The position numbers and the translations under genes were made by a program. From Chromera velia (lineage: Eukaryota), in assembly GCA_018398765.1 (NCBI GenBank), contig JAHBMJ010000265.1, positions 1-51,971 on the forward strand: 51,971 bases of DNA. Direction: 5' to 3'. The notes under the pieces are model-generated. The model had not been told where the DNA came from and searched no databases. It worked only from the letters and a program-made list of their open reading frames with translations. Below, piece after piece: positions 41,792 to 51,971 of the stretch; the first letter of the stretch is position 1; each line of letters begins with the position of its first letter.

Positions 41792-43350
41792 AAAGAGAGA
41801 GAGGGAGAAAAAGGGGTTGGGGGGGTTGGGGAGAGAGCGAGAAAGGGAAAGAAACAAAAATGACGAAACGAAGAGACCCTCCTTCCCTCCCTGCCTGTGG
41901 GCCCATCTGGATGGACGAACGATCACATTTCCCTCTCGCAGCAGAAAAGGACAAACAAGAGCGGGGAAGTAAGGAAGTAAGTCCGTAGAGACAAAAAACA
42001 CCTACCCAGGCCCTCCACTCGAAGCGCCGATGGCTCTCTGCGTAGTAGAGAGCTGTCTCAGCCGAATCTGCCAGCTGCAGAACCGGACACCCGGACGCCA
42101 TTCACAGGGTCACATGAAACCCTCCACTCCACTCAGTGAGGCAGACAGGTGTGTAGGCAGAGAAAAAGGGCAGGCGGGCGTAAGTGGAACAGTCAGAGTA
42201 ACTCGGTCATCTTGACTTCCTCGTCCGATTGTGAGAGTCTCTCAGCTGTTCTTTGGAAGCCCTAGCTTGAGCGCATTATTCTTTCCCAGCGAGCCTTTTG
42301 TTGAAAAGAGAGAAGGGGGGACTTCGCGACCCGTTGCATTTCATTGCCTTAATTCCTTTTCATCTGTAATAAACTCTTCTCACCCTCTCCCTTGTTTTCC
42401 TTTCTGTCGTGCTTTCTTTTCTTCGCCCATACTCCTCCCTACTCTCCTCCCTCCTTGCTGTCTGACCGACCAACCAACCGACCTTCTGGAATGCTCTGGT
42501 TGCCCTGTCTTTCGACTGCTGGTCTGGGAACTTGTCCGGGTGAACGAGGACTTTCACTTTCTTGAACTGAAATGCGATCTGCACGCATGTTGGCAACTCG
42601 ACACACGCACCAGGCGGGGGGGGATGAGGACGACCAGACCACAAGAGTGTGACCAGCAAAACAGGGCGGGGCAACAGAGAGTCAAAAGGAAGGAAGGAAG
42701 GAAGAAGAATTTCCTTCCTTGGATGCAGGGCAGGAGTCAAAAAGAGGAAGGGGAACGTATATACATGAAGAAGATGTAATGCACACAGGTCCCATGAGTC
42801 CTGGTGGGAAGAAGGGAACGGAGAGTTTGGTGAAAAGAGTTGCGAGCGTTCCATTCTTCTTGGGCATCCATTTCTTCTTCGTCTCTTCCAAGTCACTTTG
42901 AGTCAGCGCAGAGACAGCTAGACAAGAAAAGCAAAAGCAGAAAGAAAGAAAACACAGGGAGGGTCGATCCTCCAATCCCACTTACGTTTTTTTCGTTTGC
43001 ACCTGCCGGAGCGAGTCCCAGGACCCGAAAATGCCTGTAGTGCGTCTTCCTGAGAAGAGGATCGATCCCCTTCAGCTGAGCCTCCACGTAGTCCAATGCG
43101 GCCCGACGGAGCTCATCCAGCTGAAGAAAGAGAGGAAATCAAAGCAGGAAGGGGGAGCAGGGGGAAGAAAGGTTCAACCAAATACGGCTTGAATGATGCA
43201 GCAAGGAAACATCTAGACAACATGGCCACCTACGGGAATGACCCCTTTTGGGTCCTCCCTTGCAAGTTTCCTTCTCCCTCTTTCCTCCCTGTTCTCCTCT
43301 CTTTCGCACACCCTCGAGGAGGGACAACTGACCCGGCGGTACGAGTCCAT
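37721..43350 (-). CDS. DnaJ (J-domain, class C-type) protein with coiled coil and long disordered C-terminus, ~10 exons
   Basis: Phase-compatible exons 43350-43333, 43120-42986, 42578-42483, 42074-42006, 41535-41239, 40777-40646, 39920-38970, 38702-38574, 38191-38152 and 37878-37721. The J domain reads HFRVLGLAPAGANEKN-IAFQFKKVKVLVHPDKFP...ATRAFQKL with an intact HPD. The start and the last exons are less certain. Confidence 0.78.
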
Positions 43351-43851
43351 CGATCGTAAGAAAATGACCCGATTTCCTTGAAGACCTCTGCCTTCTGATT
43401 CCTGCGGGCTGTCTGACGACAACGACCTGTCACAACACCGCGGCTGCTGAAGGTCTTGTGATAAGAAGCCAGAGGACAGATATAGACAGAAAGGGGACCC
43501 CCACACTGCGAGGCCCTCTCTTGTCGAGCTTACTTCCGCTAATCAATCAAACAACACGCCCCACCAGGCGCTTGTCACCCTTCTTCAGGACACGATGAAA
43601 AGGGCATTCTCCGGAATGCGCACGGGATCAAATGTCATGTGATTTGAGAAACGAGGGGTGTGTTCAGGCATTGATCCCCGTTCACAGCAACGACCCGCAA
43701 CGGAACGGGCACGACAACATATGACAGCAGCAGGACGTACAGCGCAAGACAATTGACTGTCCAGTTATCGATAGCTGAACTTGGTACGTGTGGTATCGTT
43801 GGTGCCATCATGTGCCATTGCACTGAGACTTGTGCAGACTGAGCGAACTTC

Positions 43852-43915
43852 CGCCGCCGGCCGTGACATGCCCCGGCCGCCGCCGCGCGCGCGGGACGAG
43901 CGCGCCGTCTACGCA
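43852..43915. promoter_or_regulatory. GC island upstream of the J-domain gene
   Basis: ccgccgccggccg...ccccggccgccgccgcgcgcgcgggacgagcgcgcc, the same type of island seen upstream of the other genes. Confidence 0.45.
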
Positions 43916-45882
43916 CAGCCGATTTTTGGAGACGGCTGCACTGAGTTGAGCCAGAACGCAGGTGCTAATTAAGCAGGCTCACGTTTCCTTTTCTTTCCGT
44001 TTCGATTCACGCACTTAACCGCAGTTGCCCTTTTCTCCCACCCCGCCAGTCTCTGCATCAGGCTCCAGCCTTCTGCGCCCGCGGTACCTTTTGTGGTCGC
44101 ATAGTTCTGACAGAGACTCACTGTTTGCCTTGCAGCGTGGTCCACTGCTTATATACACCATTTGCTCTCACGCAATTGCTGTCAGACCTCAACAGATGGT
44201 CTGTTCGGATGACCTTTCCCCGACTTCTTGTTCCTTCCCTCTTCTCTCCTCTCCTCTCCTTTGCATGCATGCCCTCTTCTCTCCCCTGTGGAGTCTCGTT
44301 GATGCCTGTGGGTAGAGAAAGCCTGGCTGATGTGTTATGTTACTATCATGTGCTTTGCTGCATTTCTGTGACTGAGAGGGGTAGCTATTTGGTTGGCACA
44401 GGGGAGAGTAGGTCAGTCATAGTCAGTCATCGTCTGCTTTATTCCGGTCAGTGTCAGTCTGATCGAACTGAATGTAAACACGTGCGGCAGAACACCACGC
44501 CCTCACCTCTGAGAGATCGTACATGCATGTGTGGTTCTCTCTCTCTTTCACTCCCGTTTCCCAAGGCACGGAATGCGTCTCCTCTGCGACTCCCAGCATT
44601 CGGCCTCCTCGTAAGAGACGTTCCATGCACGAACCCTGTATGCAGCTCGACATTTTTATGTTCATTCCTCCTCTTCCCTTCCCTTCCCTATTGACTTTCA
44701 GAGACAAGCAGCGGTCAGCACAGGAACATGCGTGGTGCAAAATGTCCTGTCTCATCGGCTGTTTGTTGGAATTGTGGCTGGACGTCAAGAAAGCACGTAC
44801 ACGGACACACGTGCAGTGACTCACACGTGTGGTTGGTAACTTTGAGGCATTCTGGCATGATGGCAGTTGCGGCTCCAGACAGCCAGGGTTTGTGGTTCAG
44901 CTTTGACAATGAGACAGACGGGATGCGCCGTGCACGATGATACTTGGTTTGCGGATGAAAGAAACATGAAACTGTGAGAAAACCCCTTTTGCGTGCGCAA
45001 AAGTTGGTCTGGTACCACACGAACTTGAAACGTTCACTGTCGCCCTCCCTCCCTCCCTCCCCAAACCCCTTCTCTCTTCCAAACTCCTTCCCCCCACCGC
45101 AAACTCTCTGTCCTCCTTTTTTCCATCCCTGCTTCCCTTCCTTCCTTCCTCCCTGCCTGTCTCTGTCCCTCCCTCTCTCTGTCCTTCCGTCAACCTCTCC
45201 CACCCCACATTCCAAATTGGAGTGAATGACGGAGTGAGAGAGAGAGAGAGAGAGAGAGAGTGACACTGTGTGTGTGTGTGTGTGTGTGTGNNNNNNNNTG
45301 TGTGTGTGTGTGTGACACTGTGTGTGTGTGTGTGTGTGTGTGACACTGTGTGTGTATATATATATATGTGTGTGTGTCTTCTTTTTCCTTCTTTTTTTTT
45401 GTTTTTCCTCTCTTTTTCTAGTTCTTTTTAAAATTCTGTTCTGTCTAAGTCTCCTACATTTTCTATTGCATGAAGTTTCTCGCTAAGTCTCTCGTAAGGT
45501 TTCTCTCGTTTCAAGTTCTTATTATCATTCCTAAGCGTAGGCCATTAAAAAAAAAAAAAAACTCTAAAAAAAAAAAAAATGAAAAAACCCTCGAATAAAA
45601 TTTATTTACAAAAATACCCCCTCTGCAAAAACTAAAAGAGGCTCAAACAATTTAAGACCGGTTTTGAGCTTTTAAAACCCTAACGAGTTTTTTAAAAATA
45701 CTTATAGTTGTTCACAAGAACTTTTTTTTTTACTCAATGTATATCTTTAGCCTCTAGGTCTATATTTTCCTAGTTATTTCTTCTACTCTTTCCTAATATA
45801 TTTTACATTGATTGATTCGTATGTTTTTTACTTAAAATTTTTATGTTTAAATTTATAGTATTATATATATGATTGAGCTTGT

Positions 45883-48171
45883 TTGAACGGTCATAGAACA
45901 CGTGCGTTGCCTTCTTCTAATACTTCAACCACTTTGAGAGGAACCTCTGCCCACCCCCCCACAAAGCCTTTGTTGCCCGCTGTATCGTCATCTTCTTTCT
46001 CCGAAGGAAACAAATGTGTACAGAAGACTGTGCGTGCTCGGAAAAAAAGAAATGAAGAAAGAGATTTTTTTGTTGTGGAGGATGGATGAGGGGGGCAATG
46101 ATCACTATGATATCCTTCTCCCTGAATGAGAAAGAAACGACCTAGTAGGAAACGAATGCTTCTCTGCCTTTGTTTGATTGACTGAGCAGCCTAGATTTTC
46201 TTTTAGGTGAATTTCTGCTTGTGCAATGCGGTCGAATATGGCAATTTTATTTTTATATTAATTATGCCGTGAGTGATGGTCTCAGAATGAGAAGGTCATT
46301 GAGAACCTGCAAGTACATGGTTCAGTAGGGGCTCAACCTGGGGTTCGGCATACAAGAGTGAAGACTGCGGTTCAAAGCTCTCTGAATGAACATGGTTTCA
46401 TTTTCCTTGCTGTTCAAACTTGTTGATTAATTGGAACTCCCGATCTCGTTTTATTCCTTCGATAAATGAGGTCGCTGACCGTGTAGTAGCAATACTCAGC
46501 CAAAGGCTCACTCGATCGAGGGTGTGAGGACGGAAGTGGGGGGAGGAAGCAGGAGAAAGGAAACGTGAATGGAAGAAAGAATTAATGTACTGCCTTAGTA
46601 ATTCTTCGTTCTTTATAGCTCAGGCCTAGAGGTTCTGCTCTGTGCCACCTAGAGCAGTGGTGAGAGACTTGCGCAGTAAATTAGTCATTGGGCAGCTGGA
46701 TCGGTCAGGAGGGGACCTTTTCTTTGTGTGTCCTTAGGTTTATGTAAATGCAGTGAAAAATTTATTTGTAAAGAATCCTGACTATGTATTGTGTACTTAG
46801 TTGATGGAAGAAGAAGCAGTAGAAAAGCTCTTTGGAAAAGGAAAAGGGATCGGGGAGTTAGGGGAGAAAATGGGAAGAAAGTCTCGTAGGCGTCATGCAT
46901 TTGGGCGAGGGATTGTGTAGCTGAAAGCAAAATCGTTTAAAGACGGGCACCCTAGACAGCTCTTTGAACTGAAGTGGTGCCCACTGGTGTTGTACGCGAG
47001 ACACCTATGGAGAAAGCCTTTTTCGATTGTGTGTCGGTTGTTGAATGGATTGCTTTCCACTTTAAGTCCACATGCGACCTTGTTTTCACCGTTTACTTTT
47101 ATGCGAGACATCGGAAAATTTAATCGGGGGTTGGGAAATATCGAATGCGCCTATTTTACTACTGTTTGGGGAAGGATGTTACCGTCTGTTTCGCATTTTA
47201 GTCAGATCTTCGTTCATGCCGAGGACATTAAGAACTTTTATCCTTCAATTCCCTGAGCATTGGTTCTTCATTTACTTTCTTGTGTGTTTGATGAGCTTCG
47301 CGCATCTCGTCGGTATTCTTTTTTGGTATTGCCTTTCTCCTCTGTTGGGGGTGTTTGGATTCATTCTGCCACAATCATGGGGAGAGGAGGGAGAAAGTGA
47401 ACGCCCAAGGGTCACACTCGGCCTACAGCTTTTTTTTCAACACACGGCCGGTTCCAGAATGTATGGGCACTTTCTTTTGACAAAATTCTAGATTTTGTGA
47501 AATTGAACTTTGCGGCCTGCTTTGTGGCTGTTGGGAATCGTCATGTGTGGCAGCGGCAGGGGTTTGCACAAGGTTCTCCTCTGTCGCCGGCCCTTGCGAA
47601 TGGAAGTGTGGCTTTGGTCAAACGTGATTGGGCCACAGCCCGGGGGATTAGCTCCTTGTCGGGCAGTAAGCGTATGGTGCGAAGATGGATGGATGATCAG
47701 CTCCTGGTTGCTCGCCTTCCCTTTGCTTTAGAAAAAGATCATATATGTGCAAGTCTTCACAGGGAGGATTTTTATGCTGTTGAATGTGTGCTTGAGGAGC
47801 AAAATTCGGATACTTTTCTGCAGTTCGAGCTTCATCCATGCGACTGCTGTACCTGCTTGTTTTTATTGCCGAAGGACCTCAATCGCTGTCGTGTGTCTTT
47901 GCTAGCTGGTAGAGTGAAAGCTCCTCTTCTCTTTCCTCGCTACGCTCATGTGCGATCAGCTGTTCCTACACATCGTCTTCTTGACACTTTGTGTTCTCAT
48001 ATTTTACTTGCGTTTCTTTTTTTATTATGTCCTGATTCTTTGTTTGTTGCAATTTTATGTGGTATGTGGAAAGAATTGCAGGAGTGCGGTTTTTTTTTGC
48101 GTGACATCCGTCGCATCACTTTGGGTTTGCTTTTAGCAGCCGGTCTTGGTCACCTTCGCGATCGGCTTTGA
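45883..48171 (+). pseudogene. Penelope-like element reverse transcriptase pseudogene
   Basis: One reading frame broken only by TGA/TAG. Motifs: VIGQLDRSGGDLFFVCP.VY, LKAK...KWCPLVLY, AEDIKNFYPSIP, WQRQGFAQGSPLSPALAN, RRWMDD, TFLQFEL, and a thumb-like RYAHVRSAVP...ELQECGF. Confidence 0.78.
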
Positions 48172-48936
48172 AGGAGAATTTGAGTTTTGTAGCTGCACTT
48201 AGGGCGGCTGCAATTTTATATCGGTTGGCGCATGATGAAGGGCGGGCACACGCCATACGCCTCTGTTTTGCTTTCGTCCACGGCGTGCCATGCATTTGTT
48301 TTTGTGACATTGGCATACATTTGTGTGAGTTAGCATACATAGGCCATCCGAGATTAATGTGCACTTTGCCTATGATTTCGACAATTCGCATGCAGGCCCT
48401 TTGGATCGAAACCGCTCGATCTTTTCGCTTCCTGCAGAGGATGTTGAAAGCTGACACTCCGCAAACGTCTGACAGGGTGCATGAAAGTCAGAAAATACAG
48501 TTGATCAATGCAATTAAAATGTAATAAAGCATATTTGATCAATTCATTTACTTTCAATTGTCCTATAATTGTCCTTAAAGTTTTGAAGAGGCTATAGTGG
48601 ATAGGGAGTAAAGACTAGGTCCCTAGCATCACCCTAGGCAGCAACATCAAAACTCTAAAAAAGAAAACACTAAAAAAAAAATGGAAAGAAAAAGGCCCAA
48701 TAAAATTTAGAGTTTTTTTTAATAGTCTACGCCTAGTATCATTTTTATTAGTATTCTAGTTCGTATTGTTATATCAATTTAGGCTATATAGGATTCAGTT
48801 CTAGATCTGTGTGAATCCGTGTCTCTTCTGATTTTAATTAAGTTTAAAAAGTTGTAGTATAAATTAAAAACTTTTTCCCCACATGTTTTTTTTTATTTTT
48901 TTTTTTTCGTTTATCGTAGTTTCTCGATCGATCGAT

Positions 48937-49765
48937 AGCAAGCTGAGAAGGGGAGCGAGAAATAGAGAGGTGAACGAATGGATGGGGGACTAGGTAAACC
49001 CGGTCTCCATCATAGAAAGGAGAGGGGGGGGGCAGGGGAGACAAGGAATATATGGGAGCGTGTCTTTCCCTCCGTCTGCTTGCCTAACCAAATATCAGAA
49101 GGAGAATAATAGCAGCCAACGCTCTGGAAAATTGGTTCTCGGAAGCTTGCATGATGGAAGGGAGCGGGGGCTCATGGTCTACCTTGGCGGAACCTCTCCC
49201 TAAACAGTTCTTGTCTTCCCCTGGGGCAGTTTTCCGCCCTTTGTTGTGCGCCATTGTTGGAGGGGGGGCAAACCATGGGGGGAGGGTTGAATCAATTTGC
49301 AAAGCCTGTGAAGAGAAAAGTTGGGAAAAATTGATTGACGATCCGATTCAGAGTCTGACAACTTATGTCCGAACGGAGGGGCCGCGGGGGAGACTGAGTG
49401 ATCTCTGGTATAGGCGACTTGAGCGTATATCGATAGAAGAAGTATGTAAACACGGAGAGAGATAGGAAGCCCGAGGGGGTAGAGAGGGGGGAGGCAGGCC
49501 AAGAAGCGGGTAAGGCAGTACTTCTTGCTTCTTCTTCAGAGGGACGCCCGAAAGGCCAGTGCCTTCATTGCTGCATGCTTAGGACCGGACTGATCGATCC
49601 TGGGGAGCAGTGTTCTGCTAGCTAGTAGTCCTAAAGTTCGGCCACTTTAGGTGAGCATTCGCTAGCATGCTCCTAGCTTGTAATATGATATGAATGCTCG
49701 CAGACTGCCCTTTGTCATTGGGACACGATGGCTGGGGGGTTAAGTCACCTTATCATCATCATCAT
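48937..49765 (+). mobile_element. 5'-truncated non-LTR retrotransposon 3' fragment with (TCA)n tail
   Basis: Ends in tatcatcatcatcat. A degenerate CCHC knuckle ICKAC...DDPIQSLTTY lies in ORF 49151-49465. It is flanked by ~80-bp direct repeats at 48858-48936 and 49766-49846. Confidence 0.55.
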
Positions 49766-50409
49766 TATAAATTAAAAACTTTTTCCCCACATGTTTTTTT
49801 TTATGTCTTTTTTTTTTCGTTTATCGTAGTTTCTCGATCGATCGATTTAATAATTTAGAAATAACCCCTTCAGGTAGAAGTTTAGCATAATATGCAAACA
49901 AAATTAAAGAGGTCATGGCTAATACCTTAAAGAATTGGGAGTTGAATTGGGTGTTAAATTGGTAGTACTACTAATTTTTTACCGCCAGCAACTCCCAATT
50001 TTGAAAAATTGGTACCTAGTCTAGTAAAAGAAGTACATGGAGTTTGAAGCTAAAATTTTGTGTATGGGCTAGACAAGGGCTCACTAGTCTCTAGCGGCAG
50101 TCATTAGACTCTAATTCATTATTAGGAACAAATTCTATGAACACTTAGAGTCACCTAAAAATTGGGAGTTACCATTTTTTTTTTAGGACTAACTACCAAT
50201 TTTTAAGAAAATCAACACCTATTTTTTGGGGGGGGACTACCAATTTTATAACTTCTCCTAGAAAGTAAAATATATGTGGAAAGAAAGAACGTTGTAATAG
50301 AACAGTGTTGCAGCTGCACAGAACTTCATAAATCCATAAGTTTTGTATAGTTTCATAGTGTTATTCATGCTCGAAGTCCCTCCTGGCGTGACATATCGGC
50401 AAAATATGC

Positions 50410-51372
50410 TTACATGGCTTTCTTTCTCTTGCACAACCACACAAAAACCAGATCTTCCAGAATAAAACGATCATATGAATAACGTCCCCCCTGTAGGACA
50501 AAACGTTTGTAAACCTTCTTATGATACGATTCAAAGCCGTAGCATTTCGCTGTGTTTAACCCCCCAAACCGGCGGATCCACACCGGGAAGTGCAAGTAGA
50601 AGTGTGAAGAGAACTAGAATGGTCCAGTTAAGGACATCAGTCTAGTCGCTTACACGGTTTTCTATACAGGAATAATAATGCAAGATGTTTGTCCGGCTTC
50701 TGCTCTCATCGATCGAGAGTTGTTCCATCGAATCACACTGAGTATTTCACTAAGCAATTTCACAACATGGATTGACGCATACATTTTCTCCGTCTCCGTA
50801 ATGTCTCAAGCCGCGCCGCACTGATAGGCAACGCAGCAGCACGGGACCGGCCAAGTCGGGCCAACCAATGCACGCCCGCCTCCTCTCTATAAGTGGCTGA
50901 TTACAAAGTGAGTCTTCGGGACCGCCCACCCATAAGACTTGCAAAAAAGGTCTTGCCAAGTCTTTATCACCATCTTCAGCTCTGCAAGTTTCTCATCCGT
51001 GATTGAACCTGTCAACGTGGAAAGGATCCACGAATGTAAGTAAAAAGAACAAGCAGGAGGGTTCTCTGCAATACAAATGTCCTAGCACCTTTTTTCTATG
51101 AACTCAACTACGCGAGGGAAAACGTGTCTAACATCTACAGCCTCCAAAATCTGTCAGAGAAGAAGAAGAAGGAATATGATCTCCATTTGAGACGTCTGGG
51201 AACCATTAAGTGGGAGATGTTCGGGAGAGAGGGGTATGATCTGAACAAAGATCAGCAGCCACTGTCCGGCATATGGAGGGATTATGAATTCCGGTAGGCT
51301 TGCATGGTCAATTGGATCGATTTTCGCTCTGTTTTTTGTACTGGTACGTGCAGCTTGTGTAGAGCTATCCAC
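50410..51372 (-). pseudogene. Transposase fragment (CMC/Plavaka-like PKxHxxxHxxxxIRRFG...FE motif), split by a solo LTR
   Basis: Removing 50605-50905 and one TSD restores ITDEKLAELKMVIKTWQDLFCKSYGWAVPKTHFYLHFPVWIRRFGGLNTAKCYGFESYHK. Other breaks are TAG, TGA and TAA. Confidence 0.75.
50605..50905. mobile_element. Solo LTR (301 bp)
   Basis: TG...CA termini and a perfect 5-bp TSD AAGTG (50600-50604, 50906-50910). Excision restores the host reading frame. Confidence 0.88.
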
Positions 51373-51896
51373 TGTCCGTTTTATATTGCATTAGCGGTGC
51401 ACTGTAACACACAAAACAAAAGTTTCAAATTAACTCCCAATTTTTTTTTTTTGTACTACCAATTTTTTTTTCGGCGGTCCTAAAAAATTCCTATTTAAAA
51501 ATTGGTAACTCCCAATTTTTAGGTGACTCTAAGTGTTCATAGAATTTGTTCCCAGTAATGAATTAGAGTTTAATGACTACGGCTAGAGATTAGTGAGCCC
51601 TTATCTAGTCCGTACACAAAATTTTAGCTTCAAACTCCATGTACTTCTTTCACTAGACTAGGTACCAATTTTTCAAAATTAGGAGTTACTGGCGGTAAAA
51701 AATTGGTAGTACTACCAATTCGACACCCAATTCAACTCCCAATTCTTTAGGGTATAGCTTCGACCAGTAAGGGCCCGCATCCCCCTTAGTCAAGTATCGT
51801 AACAGACAGTGTAAGCTTTCTCCGGTTTCATTGTTTTTGCTTTTGTAAAATAATGATGCTTGCGTGAGAATTTATAGTATGAAGGGGTTTGCTCAC

Positions 51897-51971
51897 TGTA
51901 ATCAGCCACTTATAGAGAGGCGGCGGCGGGCGTGCAGTGGTCGGCCCGACTCGGCCGGTCCCGAGCCGCGG
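51897..51971. mobile_element. End of a second copy of the same LTR family, opposite orientation, truncated by the window edge
   Basis: TGTAATCAGCCACTTATAGAGAGG...GGCCGGTCCCG matches the reverse complement of ~50842-50905 and starts at the TG terminus. Confidence 0.8.

Larger units (their letters stand above)
49925..51752. mobile_element. Non-autonomous DNA transposon with 250-bp TIRs (CMC/EnSpm-Plavaka-like)
   Basis: 49925-50174 is the reverse complement of 51503-51752 (16 mismatches by hand count). TA lies on both sides, the termini are CC(C/T)TAAAG, there are subterminal AATTGG(G/T)AG repeats, and an internal transposase relic is present. Confidence 0.88.

Noticed and set aside
44025..45250. 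Possible gene divergent from the J-domain gene
   Set aside because: I could not build a coherent exon chain or recognise a protein.

Overview
Eukaryotic, intron-rich, microsatellite-rich DNA, probably from a chromerid or apicomplexan-related alveolate. That assignment is an inference from the uL13m sequence style, TGCATGCA motifs and GTCAGT donors. The centre holds five apparently intact genes, with exon models built by hand: mitochondrial-type ribosomal protein uL13 (13330-16138, +), a large 4-TM protein with two tandem extracellular domains resembling the periplasmic sensor of cyanobacterial methyl-accepting chemotaxis proteins (21409-30432, -), a DEK-like chromatin protein (-) divergent from a small TM/PPxY protein (+), and a J-domain protein (37721-43350, -). 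An intron-containing pseudogene lies at 16956-19744. Both ends are full of decayed mobile elements: a Ulp1-protease-bearing relic, a LINE split by a composite pair of Tc2/pogo-like MITEs, a Penelope-like RT, a LINE 3' fragment with an ~80-bp duplication, and a 250-bp-TIR CMC/Plavaka-like transposon whose transposase is split by a solo LTR. The two most interesting observations are (1) C-to-T hypermutation in the repeats, mostly CpA->TpA plus CpG, resembling fungal RIP in an apparently non-fungal genome, and (2) the duplicated cyanobacterial-type chemoreceptor sensor protein with no visible signalling domain. No database searches were run; family calls come from motif recognition.
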